63,661 bases of DNA, filler included, from 10 parts of 10 records of this genome joined end to end with filler, not necessarily neighbours in it; one strand, 5' to 3'. Shown: positions 47,772 through 58,644, counted from the whole stretch's first letter. Program-made: numbers and translations. The notes: generated by a model from the letters alone, not told the origin.

Positions 47772-48190
47772 TGAACCATCCCTACCAGTCTCGGAAACAG
47801 GTCTCCGGCAAGCTCGCCAACTACACCATACCCTGGTCTCCCTATATCGAGATGGACCGCTATCTTCTCCACGGCGTCATCCCCTCGGAGGGGGGCATCT
47901 TCCAGGTCTATGTCAACCGCAAGGGCCAGCTCCATCTGCTGCAGACAGAGCTGAGCTGGTACGGGGGGCTCAGAAACCGTCTGCGGGAGCTGATAGATCC
48001 CCTGTATATGGGCCATGTGGAGAATCGTGAGCTCATCCAGAACAGCCAGTGCTTCGCCCGCTACTGCCTCTTCCTCTCCCTGCCGGATATGAACGACGTG
48101 ATGCACTTCCTCTGCGGAACAGAGGCTTCGGGCCGGTACGAAGACGTTTTCGTGAATGAGAAGGACTCTTATCAGGTGAGAAAGGCCTGA
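47771..48190 (+). CDS. Hypothetical protein coupled to glgC
   Basis: TGATG stop/start overlap with glgC; coding-like composition. Confidence 0.65.
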   Translation: MNHPYQSRKQVSGKLANYTIPWSPYIEMDRYLLHGVIPSEGGIFQVYVNRKGQLHLLQTELSWYGGLRNRLRELIDPLYMGHVENRELIQNSQCFARYCLFLSLPDMNDVMHFLCGTEASGRYEDVFVNEKDSYQVRKA

Positions 48191-48285
48191 GGCTCGGCGC
48201 TTTTCTTCAAACCGCAGCCCCAGCTTATCTGCCGAGGGCCTTCGGTCGATGAGGCCCGGGCTCTATGTTTCAGGAAAAAATCTCT

Positions 48286-48678
48286 TTAAAGATCAATTTC
48301 CTCAAAGTAGGACGACAGGACGATCCGGTCCGATTCGGCCAGATCGAGGCGGTTGATTTCCTCGGGCAGGAACCAGCCCCACTCGGTATGCTCGTGGAGG
48401 GCCGCCGGATCTCCTGAGAAACAGACCTCGTACATCTCCAGCAGGAAGGCCTTGCTGTTGTGGGTGAAGTTTCCCGTGGCCAGAAGGGAACCGGTTTCCA
48501 CCCTCAGCTCCAGCTCCTCGTCCCACTCCCTGACCATGGCCTCCTGAGGGCTTTCGCCCTCCTCCAGCTTTCCTCCGGGGAGCTCCCATTTGAGCCCCAG
48601 ATCCCCGCCGGGTTTGCGTTTGGCCAGGAAGCACTTCCCCTCTCTCAGAGCGAGACCGGCTATGGATCGATACGCCAT
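48286..48678 (-). CDS. MutT-like NUDIX hydrolase
   Basis: Nudix box WELPGGKLEEGESPQEAMVREWDEEL. Confidence 0.9.
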   Translation of the reverse strand: MAYRSIAGLALREGKCFLAKRKPGGDLGLKWELPGGKLEEGESPQEAMVREWDEELELRVETGSLLATGNFTHNSKAFLLEMYEVCFSGDPAALHEHTEWGWFLPEEINRLDLAESDRIVLSSYFEEIDL

Positions 48679-49085
48679 CAGATTATCAGCGCCGTGGGTA
48701 CGAGGAAGTGAAGGATCCCTATGACGAAGGCTATGAAGCCGACGATATGGCCCCTGTCCTCCATCAGATCCACATAGCTTTTCATCCAGCTTCTGTTCTC
48801 CTCCAGGCTTTCATAGAAGAAGCTCAGGATAAAGTAGCTGCCCAGGAAGAACCCGCTGATCGCGGGCAGAAGATCACCGATGATCAGCACGTCATCGGCT
48901 GAAACTTTGAGAAGTGTGAACAGGGCGGACAGAAGGGTAACGACGCCCAGGGAGATCTTGAAACGATTGCTGTTCAACACATCGACGCAACCCGGAAAAG
49001 ACTCGAATTTCTCCTCCAGAAAATGAGAACTCAGTATAAATCCGGCCAACAGATGCGTTGATACAACTAAAAAGTAAATCTGCAT
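48678..49085 (-). CDS. Hypothetical four-TM membrane protein
   Basis: Four hydrophobic helices; IIGDLLPA motif; AAGGAG RBS. Confidence 0.7.
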   Translation of the reverse strand: MQIYFLVVSTHLLAGFILSSHFLEEKFESFPGCVDVLNSNRFKISLGVVTLLSALFTLLKVSADDVLIIGDLLPAISGFFLGSYFILSFFYESLEENRSWMKSYVDLMEDRGHIVGFIAFVIGILHFLVPTALII

Positions 49086-49171
49086 AGATACTCACTCCTT
49101 TCATGAATAGCCGTTCTATCCCAAATGATAATTAGACGAACGGGCACTCGTCAACTTATTTCGGCCCGAAT

Positions 49172-49699
49172 TCACTCGGCCGCGGAGGAAACGGCGTTAA
49201 GCCGGAGCCTCTCCTCTTCATTTTCCAGAATAACCTCGACCTCAAGCCTCTCCCTGTGTCCCTTCAGGCTGTAACGGAGGGTTCTCTCCTCCCCCCCCCT
49301 GGGGGTCAGATCGGCAAAGGATTCGGCGGTCTGCCCGTTGACCTTCACGGTGATGTCCACGGGCTCGTTTCCTTCGGCGCCGGCAGAGCTCTTCATGCTC
49401 ACGGAGACCAGCACGTCGTCCTCCGACCGCCTGAGCTCCAGGCGGCAGCGGGTGTCCCCCAGATCGCCGGAGCGGTTCATCTCCACGATAAAGGGGTAGA
49501 TAATGCCCCCGATGATACAGAGCAGCAGGATATCCAGGAGAAGGATGCGCAGAGACTTCTTCCGGCTCCACTCCCTGCCCCGCCTGCCGGCGGCCAGGCG
49601 ATTCATCTCCTCCCGCTCGGCACGGGAATACTCGGCCTTCAGGGCATCCGGATCATAGATCTCGGGTCCCTGGTTTATCCCGGGGACCTTACGGGGCAT
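49172..49699 (-). CDS. Hypothetical single-pass membrane protein
   Basis: YSRAERE, then a TM helix (ILLLDILLLCIIGGIIYPF) and a soluble domain; overlaps the upstream stop. Confidence 0.65.
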   Translation of the reverse strand: MPRKVPGINQGPEIYDPDALKAEYSRAEREEMNRLAAGRRGREWSRKKSLRILLLDILLLCIIGGIIYPFIVEMNRSGDLGDTRCRLELRRSEDDVLVSVSMKSSAGAEGNEPVDITVKVNGQTAESFADLTPRGGEERTLRYSLKGHRERLEVEVILENEEERLRLNAVSSAAE

Positions 49700-50852
49700 A
49701 GCGGCTTACGATCTTGTCCGTCCGCCACCAGGAGATCCTGGCGCCCTTGTCCTCATAGAAGACCCCCGCCAGCAGCCCCTCTCCGGAGAGGAAGAAGCGC
49801 CGGAACAGTATGCCCTCGTCCTGTATGTACATGATGCGGTTGGTCTTCACCGCGCCGTCGGCGCCGATGATGCTCAGATAGTAGCGGCCGCTGAAGTCGG
49901 AACCCAGAAAGAGGTGCAGCTCCGAGTCGGTGGCCCCCAGATACTCATATACCCCGTCCAGGGACTGGCCGTTCAGTTCGACCTCAAGGGGGGGGATCTC
50001 GAAGAAGGAGCTGTACCGCTCCTCCTCCAGATCAAGGGTATAGAGACGGCTCACAGACCTCAGATTGGGCGAGTCGTTAATCGGGAAATAGTCCATCTTG
50101 ATATAGAGCTTGTGCTGGTTCCGATCGGGCTTGATGCTCTCGGGAACGCCCGGGCTCCAGCCCTCTCCGTCCATGGGGGGAAGATTGTCGCTGTCCAGGA
50201 TGATCCTGTAGAGAAGGTTCCCCTCTTTCGAGAACCAGTAGACCATGTAGTTGATCCCCTGCTTGGTGATCACGACGATCTCGCCCTTCGAGCTGATCTC
50301 CAGATCCTGAATATAGGCGAAGGGGGTTCCCTGAACGCCCTCGCGGCCGATGGAATCCTTGAACTCTCCGTCGTGGTCGAACCTCAGGATGATGCGGTTG
50401 TGGAGAACCTTATTTTCCACCTCGCTCTGCTTGTCGTCCACTCGGTCGGCCACCAGCAGGTAGTCCTCGCTGACGGCCAGGTGCTCGATCCCCCGGAAGT
50501 TCCATTTCCTGATGATGACAGGGTTCTCGCTCTCATCGGACTGGTACTGGGCGGGCTCGGGGTTGATGGTCGGGTTGTAGTAGAATCCCAGCAGGTCCCC
50601 GTAGGAGTTCATCTCCATAATCTTTCCGGCGTTGCTGCTGGAAAGGAAGACGCGCCCCTCCCGGATAAACAGATCGCTGGAGCCGGGAAGCTGGGAATCG
50701 GGTTTGATAAAATAGTTGAGCTCGTCCGCCATATAGCCCATGGGAAGAATGAACAGATCTTCTTTTTCCAGGACTTTGTTTTCGGATCGGCAGGAAAACA
50801 GGCTGAGAGCTATGAGCAAAAACAGACAGGATTTAACAACATCACGCTTCAA
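49689..50852 (-). CDS. Spirochaete lipoprotein, probable beta-propeller (LIC_12708-like)
   Basis: Lipobox LFSC; KIMEMNSYGDLL, IGREGV.GTPF.YI and ISWWRTD motifs; TTG start after AAGGAGG. Confidence 0.7.
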   Translation of the reverse strand: MKRDVVKSCLFLLIALSLFSCRSENKVLEKEDLFILPMGYMADELNYFIKPDSQLPGSSDLFIREGRVFLSSSNAGKIMEMNSYGDLLGFYYNPTINPEPAQYQSDESENPVIIRKWNFRGIEHLAVSEDYLLVADRVDDKQSEVENKVLHNRIILRFDHDGEFKDSIGREGVQGTPFAYIQDLEISSKGEIVVITKQGINYMVYWFSKEGNLLYRIILDSDNLPPMDGEGWSPGVPESIKPDRNQHKLYIKMDYFPINDSPNLRSVSRLYTLDLEEERYSSFFEIPPLEVELNGQSLDGVYEYLGATDSELHLFLGSDFSGRYYLSIIGADGAVKTNRIMYIQDEGILFRRFFLSGEGLLAGVFYEDKGARISWWRTDKIVSRYAP

Positions 50853-50877
50853 AAAGCGGCCTCCTTATCTCCGGCTC

Positions 50878-50938
50878 ATCCTACGACGGACACTTTATAA
50901 TGTCAATTCTTGACGACTGACTCCAAAACCCGTACATT
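50878..50938. promoter_or_regulatory. Back-to-back divergent sigma70 promoters
   Basis: Minus strand TTGACA-N17-TAGGAT (50906 to 50878); plus strand TTGACG-N17-TACATT (50910-50938), 7 nt before the secA ATG. Confidence 0.65.
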
Positions 50939-50945
50939 TGTGTCT

Positions 50946-51397
50946 ATGGCGAATAAGATACTATCCCTCATCCTGGGTTCCAAACAGGATAAAGACCTGA
51001 AGCTGCTGCTTCCCACACTTCATAAAATCAACGAAAAAGAACAATGGGCGATCGCTCTTCCCGAGGAGGCCTTCAAGGCCAAGACCCTCGAATTCAAGGA
51101 TCGCTTGAAACAGGGCGAGTCCCTGGACGATATCCTTCCCGAGGCCTTTGCGATTGCACGCGAAGCGGCGCGCAGAACCCTCGGCGAACGCCCCTACGAC
51201 GTTCAGCTGTTGGGCGGCATAGTCCTCCACCAGGGCAAGATCATGGAGATGAAGACGGGTGAGGGCAAGACCCTCAGTTCCGTTGCGGCGGCCTACCTGA
51301 ACGCCCTGGCGGGAAAGGGCGTCCATATCGTCACGGTCAACGACTACCTGGCCGGGCGCGACGCCGCCTGGATGAAACCGGTCTACGACTACCTGGG
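50946..51397 (+). CDS. secA: Preprotein translocase ATPase SecA (N-terminal part)
   Basis: [28 protein letters not shown] and [10 protein letters not shown] motifs. Confidence 0.95.
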
Positions 51398-51497
51398 NNN
51401 NNNNNNNNNNNNNNNNNNNNNNNNNNNNNNNNNNNNNNNNNTTAATTAATTAANNNNNNNNNNNNNNNNNNNNNNNNNNNNNNNNNNNNNNNNNNNN
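51398..51497. other. Artificial contig spacer
   Basis: N44-TTAATTAATTAA-N44. Confidence 0.99.
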
Positions 51498-51499
51498 CC

Positions 51500-52933
51500 T
51501 GGGCTTCGGATCGCGCCCATTTCGTCCAGACCCTGACCGGAACCGCCAATGGCTACGCCTATCGGCTGGAAGAAGATCTGATCGTCAAGAACGATCGGAT
51601 CATCATGAAGTACGTACTCGAGAATACCGGGACGCGGGAGTTCACGACGGAGCAATACCTGCACAATTTCCTGGCTTTTGAGGGTAGGCCGGTCGGCCCG
51701 GACTATCGGGTTCATTTCCCCTATGCCTTCACGGCCTCTCCCGAGGTTCCGCTGTGGGCGCCGCCGACGAGTCGCCTGCGGATGATGGCGGGCAACCCCG
51801 ACGTCGTGCGCTTCGGCAATATCGTCGCCTATCTGGCCACCATCAGCAGCGTGCCCAAGATCTGGATCTACAAACCGGATGACTATGCCGGGCGCGATCT
51901 GTTCGCCGTCGAGCAGACCGGTACGAGCCAGCGCCTGATGGTCGACACCTCCGCGCCGACGCCGTACGTGGGCATCTGGACGACGGACTACCAGGTCTCG
52001 CCCGAGCAGTTCGTTTTGCTCACCCTGGCCCCGGGCGAAGCGACCACGTTCACTCGCACCTATGTAGTCAGCGTCGGTGGAGCGTTGACGGTCGATGCCA
52101 CGGGCGACGGGCTCGTCAATGCGACCGATATGTCGAGCTTATCATTGGCATGGCTCAGTACGCCGGGCGCCGTCAATTGGAAACCGGCCTGTGACGTCGC
52201 AAGACCGATGGATGACCGGATTGACCTGGCTGATTTAGCGGCCCTGGCCGGCCAGTGGCGGCGCGAGGTGGGGAATCCCGTCCCGGTGGCCCACTGGGCG
52301 ATGGATGAGGCCGCCGGGCTCGTGGCCGCCGACGAGTTCGGGCGGGCACCCGGCACGCTACACGGGTACGTCGATGACGGCTCTCACTGGGTCGTGGGCA
52401 AGGTGGGCGGGGGGCTGCTGCTGAATGGGAGTGGTGACGGAGTGGATATCGCGGGTGTCCCGGCGCTCGGTGGCGAAACGTGGACGGTAACGGCGTGGGT
52501 CAAGACCAGCGAGCGGTCGGCCGCACCGATGACGATTTGTGCTTGGGAAGTGCCGGAATCGGGACCGGCTTTCGAACTCGGTCTGGACTCAGCTGGACGG
52601 CTGCAAGTGACGTGCGGCACCGGTTCGGCGGTGGCGCAAGAACTGGTCGGTGACACCCGATGGCATCATGTTGCCGCCGTGTTGGACCCGATGGAGTCTG
52701 ACAAGCCGCGCATCAGTGACGTGCGGCTGTACGTCGATGGTCAGAGGCAGAATCTCTATGAGTTGACCGAGGGTGACATTGCCATTGGGGGCAGAGTGGG
52801 ACTGAGAATGGGAGGTTCGTTCGATTCTGAGACGCCCAGCGCGTTCACCGGCGTTCTTGACGAGATATGCCTGTTTGACATGGCGCCGGCCGCCGAGGAC
52901 ATCATGCGGATGTACGCGGAAAGCAAGATCTGA
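51500..52933 (+). CDS. Multidomain secreted-type protein (5' truncated): mutarotase-like domain, dockerin-like EF repeat and LamG jellyroll
   Basis: Frame open from the contig start; DATGDGLVNATD..L...WL; HWAMDE, TVTAWVK, WHHVAAV, LYVDG and F.G.LDEI motifs. Confidence 0.7.
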   Translation, partial: WASDRAHFVQTLTGTANGYAYRLEEDLIVKNDRIIMKYVLENTGTREFTTEQYLHNFLAFEGRPVGPDYRVHFPYAFTASPEVPLWAPPTSRLRMMAGNPDVVRFGNIVAYLATISSVPKIWIYKPDDYAGRDLFAVEQTGTSQRLMVDTSAPTPYVGIWTTDYQVSPEQFVLLTLAPGEATTFTRTYVVSVGGALTVDATGDGLVNATDMSSLSLAWLSTPGAVNWKPACDVARPMDDRIDLADLAALAGQWRREVGNPVPVAHWAMDEAAGLVAADEFGRAPGTLHGYVDDGSHWVVGKVGGGLLLNGSGDGVDIAGVPALGGETWTVTAWVKTSERSAAPMTICAWEVPESGPAFELGLDSAGRLQVTCGTGSAVAQELVGDTRWHHVAAVLDPMESDKPRISDVRLYVDGQRQNLYELTEGDIAIGGRVGLRMGGSFDSETPSAFTGVLDEICLFDMAPAAEDIMRMYAESKI

Positions 52934-53038
52934 CGAGGCGAATTCGGCCTTGCTTTTCGCCTGGGACATAGGCACAATTGTGACAACAGGAGGGGGCCTG
53001 GGCTCACGGAGTAGGTTATGTGCGAGAAAGGGGTCGCG

Positions 53039-53824
53039 ATGCGAAGGGGACGTGGATTCACGCTGATTGAACTACTGGTGGTTATCGCCATCTTGGCGCT
53101 GCTGTTCGGCATTCTGCTGCCGGCCCTGAATGTCGCTCGCGAGCAGGGGCGCCGGGCCGTCTGTTCCCAGAACGAGAAGAACATGGGGCTGGGATTGTTT
53201 CTGTATGCCAACGAGAACGACGGCAAGTTCCCTCTGAACGAGGTTGACCGCTGGTTGTTTGACGTGTCGTACTGGACGACAGACATCATCCTGAAGACCG
53301 GGGCGTTCGATCGTGATATTTTCTACTGCCCATCCTGGAGCCAGCGCAACGACATCATTTTTTGGCGTTACGGTGAGAATCTGCCCGCCGGCACCAGCGA
53401 AGGCTATACGAAGCCCGAGCCCCAGGACGAGCCGACGCGCAAGAATTACCATCGTATCATGGGCTACTATTGGCTCCTCGACTATGTCGGCGGCAGAGGC
53501 GAACCGCCCTTCCGTGTGGAGGGAGGCCAGGAGAAGGAATGGGTCAAGTCGGCGATTGATACGGAGAGGGCTCCCGCACTGGTCGAACTGATCACCGACT
53601 GTACGGCCAGCAACGGTCCCGACCGCTACGAAGCGGATTTCACGGGTGCTACCGGTGGCTGCTGGACACGCTGGCAGATCACCGACCGGAGCAACCACGT
53701 CAAGGGCACACGCGCGACGGGCACCAATGTTCTCTTTGTTGACGGGCATGTCCAGTGGCGCTCCTTTGACAAAATGGAGATCCGCTGGCCCCCGGCGCGG
53801 GGCAATCCGTGTATGTGGTGGTAG
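53039..53824 (+). CDS. Prepilin-type N-terminal methylation protein (DUF1559 / H-X9-DG type)
   Basis: [28 protein letters not shown]...C..N; FYCPS; NH...NVLFVDGHV. Confidence 0.88.
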   Translation: MRRGRGFTLIELLVVIAILALLFGILLPALNVAREQGRRAVCSQNEKNMGLGLFLYANENDGKFPLNEVDRWLFDVSYWTTDIILKTGAFDRDIFYCPSWSQRNDIIFWRYGENLPAGTSEGYTKPEPQDEPTRKNYHRIMGYYWLLDYVGGRGEPPFRVEGGQEKEWVKSAIDTERAPALVELITDCTASNGPDRYEADFTGATGGCWTRWQITDRSNHVKGTRATGTNVLFVDGHVQWRSFDKMEIRWPPARGNPCMWW

Positions 53825-53885
53825 AGCCGACAGACTGAGACGGCGGCAAAGCGACTCCTCTCCGGCCGTTGCATACTTGAAAGAA

Positions 53886-53925
53886 CAATCGCCCATCCCT
53901 TTGCAGTGAAAGGGATGGGCGATTG
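53886..53925. terminator. Long hairpin between convergent genes
   Basis: 17-bp perfect inverted repeat CAATCGCCCATCCCTTT / AAAGGGATGGGCGATTG. Confidence 0.7.
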
Positions 53926-53977
53926 CTTGTCTCGTGTTCCAGCGATCGCACCGGAACGCCATCTGCCTGCGCCGCCG

Positions 53978-54517
53978 CTAAGCCCCACCTTCGCGCGCGA
54001 CAAAGCCCTGGGTCTGCAGACCGGTCGATGACGGCGTGCCGGCGATCTGTGCCAGGTAGACCTGGCCGAGTTGCTCGATGTGGCCGGCAACACTGTCGAA
54101 GTAGTTGTAGTGGCTTTGCTCTTCCTCGATGACGGCTTCGAACAACTTCATGCTGACGCTATCGCCGTTCTCGCGGCAAACCAGCAGAAACTGGTTGTAG
54201 GCGGTGATGGCGCCGTCCTCTTCTTCGGCGTCGAAGGGAAAGACGGCTTCGACCTTCTGGCCCTTCTTGACCGGCCCGGACGGATCGGTGGTGGGCTCGC
54301 CGCCCAGTTCCTTGATCCGTTCGGCGAACATCTCGGCATGCCGCATCTCGTCGACCGCGATGAGCTTGACCTTGGCGGCCATGTCACCGTAATCCATATC
54401 ATCCAGATTGTAATGCTGGTTCATGTATTGGCCGATCGCCTGCAACTCCATGGCCCGCGCCTTGTTGAGAACGTCGATCACCTTCTTCTTCCGCTGCTGT
54501 GTGGCCTTCTTCGCCAT
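53978..54517 (-). CDS. bfr: Bacterioferritin (Desulfovibrio-type)
   Basis: LNKARAMEL.AI.QYMNQHY, DEMRHAE.FAERI and EEEQSH ferroxidase motifs. Confidence 0.9.
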   Translation of the reverse strand: MAKKATQQRKKKVIDVLNKARAMELQAIGQYMNQHYNLDDMDYGDMAAKVKLIAVDEMRHAEMFAERIKELGGEPTTDPSGPVKKGQKVEAVFPFDAEEEDGAITAYNQFLLVCRENGDSVSMKLFEAVIEEEQSHYNYFDSVAGHIEQLGQVYLAQIAGTPSSTGLQTQGFVAREGGA

Positions 54518-54671
54518 GACACATCTCCTTAGTTTCTCAAACGCCCCGTGTGGGCTTATTCATATGGTTCGGCATCGGGATTCGACTCTCCGGTCGCGCA
54601 GCTCGTTCGTTTCGCGACTCTGTATTTATAAACGCTGCGTGTTGCGAGTGAAAGTCTGGGACGGCCTCATT

Positions 54672-56072
54672 TCACGCTTCCGCGTAAAATTTCTCTTTGT
54701 GCCGTTGGGCCATTTGCTGGAGCTTTTCGGCGATGTCCGGGTATTTCTCTAGGACATTCGTTGTCTCAAGCGGATCATTCGCCATGTCGAACAGGGACAG
54801 CTCGATTTGCTCCTGACGGTACTTGCCCGCGGCGCCATCGTTGGCGGCTTTGACCAGCGTACGGTACCGGTGGGGCAGGTGCAGTTTCCAGCGTCCGTCG
54901 CCGCTGATGATGCCCTCGAACGTCCCGCCGGTGGAGAAGGGATAGTACGCGCTGGGGTTGCGGGCACCGGGCTTGCCGACGATCAGGTCCCAGACGTTTT
55001 TTCCATCGACCGGATTGCCCGGCATCGGCGCCCCGGTCAGGTGGGCCACCGTCGGCAGGATATCAAGCGAGCAGAACGTCTTGCTGGAATAGGTCCCGGC
55101 GACGATCTTGCCCGGATACTTCATGATGCAGGCGCTGCGGGTGCCGCCGTCGAAGCTGGTTCCCTTGGCCTCGCGGAAGGGCGTCCGCCCGGCGTGGTTG
55201 CCGTAGGAAACCCAGGGGCCGTTATCTGAGGTGAACAGCACCAGGGTATGATCTTCGACGCCGTTGGCTTTGAGGGCCTTGGTAATCTCGCCCACAGACC
55301 AGTCGATCTCCGCCATGACGTCGCCGTAGAGACCGGCGCCGGATTTGCCTTTGAATTTCTCGCTGCAGAACAGCGGCACGTGCGGCATCGAGTGAGGGAC
55401 ATAAAGGAAGAACGGTCCGTCCTTGTGACGGCCGATGAAATCGACGGCGTGCTCGGTATACCACGTCGTGAGCATGGGCTGGTGTTCCTTGGTGACCCGT
55501 TCGATGGTGACCTTGCCGTTGTCCCAGAACTGTAGCGGGTGTTGGCCCCAGTAATCCGGATTCTCCGGATGGAACTCCCACATGTCGTTGGAGTACATCA
55601 GGCCGCACGATTCATCGAATCCGCGGGCCGGCGGACGCGTGTCGGGCTGGTCGCCCAGGTGCCACTTGCCGAAGACTGCGGTGGCATATCCGCGCTGCTT
55701 GAGCACGCCGCCCATCGTCGCAAACTTCGGGTCGAGTCCGCGGGCCTGGGGCGGGTGGGCCCCGAAGACCTTCGTCCGGCCCGGATAGCAGCCGGTCATC
55801 AGGGCCGACCGGGAAGCCGAGCAGACGGCCTGAGGGACATAGAAATTATTGAAGCAGCAGCCCTGTTTCGCCAACTGCGCGACGTTGGGCGTCTCGTAAT
55901 CGGGAGAGGCGAAGGGATGGAAATCCGCCCAACCGGAGTCGTCCAGGAAGATGATGACGACATTGGGGGGCTTTGTGCTCGATTGTCCCTGGACGCGGTG
56001 CGGCAGTCCCAGAGCAGCCAGAGAAAGGGCGGTGGCTTTGAGAAACTCTCGGCGGGTGTGCGCGATCTTCAT
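54672..56072 (-). CDS. Sulfatase (arylsulfatase A family, Tat-exported)
   Basis: TRREFLK Tat motif; PNVVIIFLDD, CSASRSALMTG, GKWHLG and FTSDNG motifs. Confidence 0.92.
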   Translation of the reverse strand: MKIAHTRREFLKATALSLAALGLPHRVQGQSSTKPPNVVIIFLDDSGWADFHPFASPDYETPNVAQLAKQGCCFNNFYVPQAVCSASRSALMTGCYPGRTKVFGAHPPQARGLDPKFATMGGVLKQRGYATAVFGKWHLGDQPDTRPPARGFDESCGLMYSNDMWEFHPENPDYWGQHPLQFWDNGKVTIERVTKEHQPMLTTWYTEHAVDFIGRHKDGPFFLYVPHSMPHVPLFCSEKFKGKSGAGLYGDVMAEIDWSVGEITKALKANGVEDHTLVLFTSDNGPWVSYGNHAGRTPFREAKGTSFDGGTRSACIMKYPGKIVAGTYSSKTFCSLDILPTVAHLTGAPMPGNPVDGKNVWDLIVGKPGARNPSAYYPFSTGGTFEGIISGDGRWKLHLPHRYRTLVKAANDGAAGKYRQEQIELSLFDMANDPLETTNVLEKYPDIAEKLQQMAQRHKEKFYAEA

Positions 56073-56294
56073 AGAACCAATCTCCTCTCAATCGTTGCCC
56101 TCGAGTTCCAGTATGGCGTGGGCGTATCAGGTCCACGGCCATGTCGAGTTGATTATGACCGCAAGGGGAGATCGACTCAAGAAGATATGTGAATTTCGCA
56201 GAGCCGTTGCCGCTCTGCGAGAGGCCTCCAGATGAAGTGGCTCCGGCGCACGAGGTCGCCGGAGCCACAATGACGTGTTCTCATGAGATGGATG

Positions 56295-57205
56295 CTATTC
56301 GGTGGTGGGGGCCGGGCGCCCGAATCCGATGTCGTCGATGAAGATCAAGCCATCGCCACCGGCGCTCGCATTGTCACGATCGCCGACGCCGATATACATT
56401 GTCTCGACACTGCCCAGGTTGACACCGCCGAATTCGGCCAGCGGAATCAGCCACTCCTGCCAGGCGGAGAGGCCCACGACCGCCGGGTTCGGGTGCATTA
56501 CCACGGCGGTGTTGCCGCTCGTGTCCGCAATCGCCACATAGAGAGGCTCAACCGAATTGCCCGTCACTGGTTGGGCCACGCCAATCTCGGCGTCCTCCCA
56601 GTTGCCGCTGACCCCACCGCTGCTGGTGACGTCCGCAAAGGCGGCGCCGGTGGCCGTAGTCGCGTTGTGACTGGTTACGGCCAGGCCGATGTAAACGTTG
56701 GCTGCCATGTCGATCGTCTGCGGGTTCCAGGCGATCGCCGTCCAGGTGGTGCCGTCGGCCGAGTAGTAGCCATTGAACGCGTTGCCCGTCCGTTCGATCT
56801 TGATCCAGACCGGTTCACGCAGGGCGATCTGCTCTTCCGTGGCCACATCGGTATCGCTGACGGCCGCGACCCTGTCCTCCAGGCGGGCCTGGTAGCGCAC
56901 GCCATTGTCGCCCGTCAGGTACACGGCGGCAAAGGCTGCTGCGGGATCGAGGCTCGCGCGGATCATCACGCCGGCCTTGGCCCAGACATCGGTGTCGGCC
57001 AGGCTGTCGACGCGGGCGACGATGGCGCCGTCGCCGTTGAGGTTCATATGAACGAAGCGGAACTCATCGGCCGTGTCCCAGATGTCGGTGCCGATGCCGT
57101 TCATGAGGACGGTGCCGTCAGCCGTCTCTTCGAAGCCGGGCGTCTGGCCGGCCACGAACAGCCGCAGCGTGTCGGCACCGTTAGCGGTCCAATCGGCAGA
57201 TCCCA
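56295..57205 (-). CDS. Secreted beta-sandwich / carbohydrate-binding multidomain protein (5' truncated)
   Basis: DIWDTADEFRF, WAKAGVMIR, WIKIERTGN, YIGLAVTSHN and IFIDDI motifs; frame open to the contig edge. Confidence 0.7.
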
Positions 57206-57305
57206 NNNNNNNNNNNNNNNNNNNNNNNNNNNNNNNNNNNNNNNNNNNNTTAATTAATTAANNNNNNNNNNNNNNNNNNNNNNNNNNNNNNNNNNNNNNN
57301 NNNNN
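57206..57305. other. Artificial contig spacer
   Basis: N44-TTAATTAATTAA-N44. Confidence 0.99.
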
Positions 57306-57306
57306 A

Positions 57307-57711
57307 GGTAGTGCTCAAATTAAATCCATGAAAAAGGTAGCAGGAACATTGAAAATTGACCTTGCCCAATATCGTGAGCTGGAAGCTTTTTCTAAATTTG
57401 GATCTGATCTAGATGCAGCTACAAAGGCGGTGCTCGACAAAGGTAAAAGAAATGTTGAATTGCTTAAACAGCCACAATATAATGCATACCGTGTTGAGCA
57501 ACAAGTTGCACTTGTGTTTGTGGGAACCAATGCATTGATTAATAAAGTACCTGTTGAAAAAGTTAAACCTTTTGCAGCTGATTACCTTAATTTGATGGAG
57601 ACGCAATATAAAAGTACGCTTGATGTATTGCGCGAAGGTAATTTGACCGATGAGGCAAAAGAGACAATGACAAAAGTTGCTAAAGAGGTTGCTGATAAAT
57701 ATGTAGAATAG
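57307..57711 (+). CDS. atpA: F0F1 ATP synthase alpha subunit (C-terminal part)
   Basis: GSAQIKSMKKVAGTLKIDLAQYRELEAFSKFGSDLD. Confidence 0.95.
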   Translation, partial: GSAQIKSMKKVAGTLKIDLAQYRELEAFSKFGSDLDAATKAVLDKGKRNVELLKQPQYNAYRVEQQVALVFVGTNALINKVPVEKVKPFAADYLNLMETQYKSTLDVLREGNLTDEAKETMTKVAKEVADKYVE

Positions 57712-57747
57712 TTCGTTATTCAATGAAATTAAATTAAAGCTGATTGT

Positions 57748-58626
57748 ATGGCTAATTTGAAGGAAATACGTACACGAATTGCTTCTGTAAAGAATACCAG
57801 ACAGGTTACATCTGCTATGAAAATGGTTTCTGCTGCTAAATTACGTAAAGCACAGGATGCCATTATGAAGATAAGACCATATACGGATCAATTGCATAAA
57901 GTAGCAGGAGAAATTTCTTCTGCTGCCGGAGATGATATTTCCAGTGCACTTACTGAAGAGCGTGATGTAAATAAACTTCTTGTTGTAATATTCGCTTCAA
58001 ATAAGGGATTATGTGGCGCTTTTAATTATCAAATTGCAAAGGCTGCTATCTCATATTTAAAAGAGCAGCATGGTAATTTGTTGCAAGCAGGCAGAGTACA
58101 ATTTCTTACTATTGGAAAGAAAGGCAATGAAATTATTCGCAGAGAAGGTTATAATATTTGGCAGAATAAAGACGAATTGCTTGATGAACCTACTTTTGCA
58201 GAATCTGCTGCACTTTCTCATGATATAATGCAACGTTTTATTGATCAGGAATTTGATAAAGTAGTTGTATTCTATAATGCATTTAAAAACGCAGGTGTAC
58301 AATACGCAACCAAAGAAGATTTCTTGCCTGTAAAAATTGAAGAAGACTCAGAGCAAAAAACAGATCCTAATTATATAATGGAACCAAGTGCAGGTGAAAT
58401 AATAACAGATTTGATGCCTCGTATTTTACAAATTTCATTTCATAGCGCTATGCTTGATTCATTAGCTTCAGAACATGGAGCCAGAATGACAGCAATGCAC
58501 AAGGCTACTGATAATGCATCAGACTTAATTGAAGAACTTACACTTAACTACAATAAAGCACGTCAGGCTGCTATTACAAATGAAATATCAGAGATTGTAA
58601 GTGGTGCTAATGCGCTTGGAAAATAA
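57748..58626 (+). CDS. atpG: F0F1 ATP synthase gamma subunit
   Basis: MANLKEIRTRI, KGLCGAFN, SEHGARMTAM and ARQAAITNEISEIV motifs. Confidence 0.97.
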   Translation: MANLKEIRTRIASVKNTRQVTSAMKMVSAAKLRKAQDAIMKIRPYTDQLHKVAGEISSAAGDDISSALTEERDVNKLLVVIFASNKGLCGAFNYQIAKAAISYLKEQHGNLLQAGRVQFLTIGKKGNEIIRREGYNIWQNKDELLDEPTFAESAALSHDIMQRFIDQEFDKVVVFYNAFKNAGVQYATKEDFLPVKIEEDSEQKTDPNYIMEPSAGEIITDLMPRILQISFHSAMLDSLASEHGARMTAMHKATDNASDLIEELTLNYNKARQAAITNEISEIVSGANALGK

Positions 58627-58644
58627 TTTAGAAAAAAATTGTTT

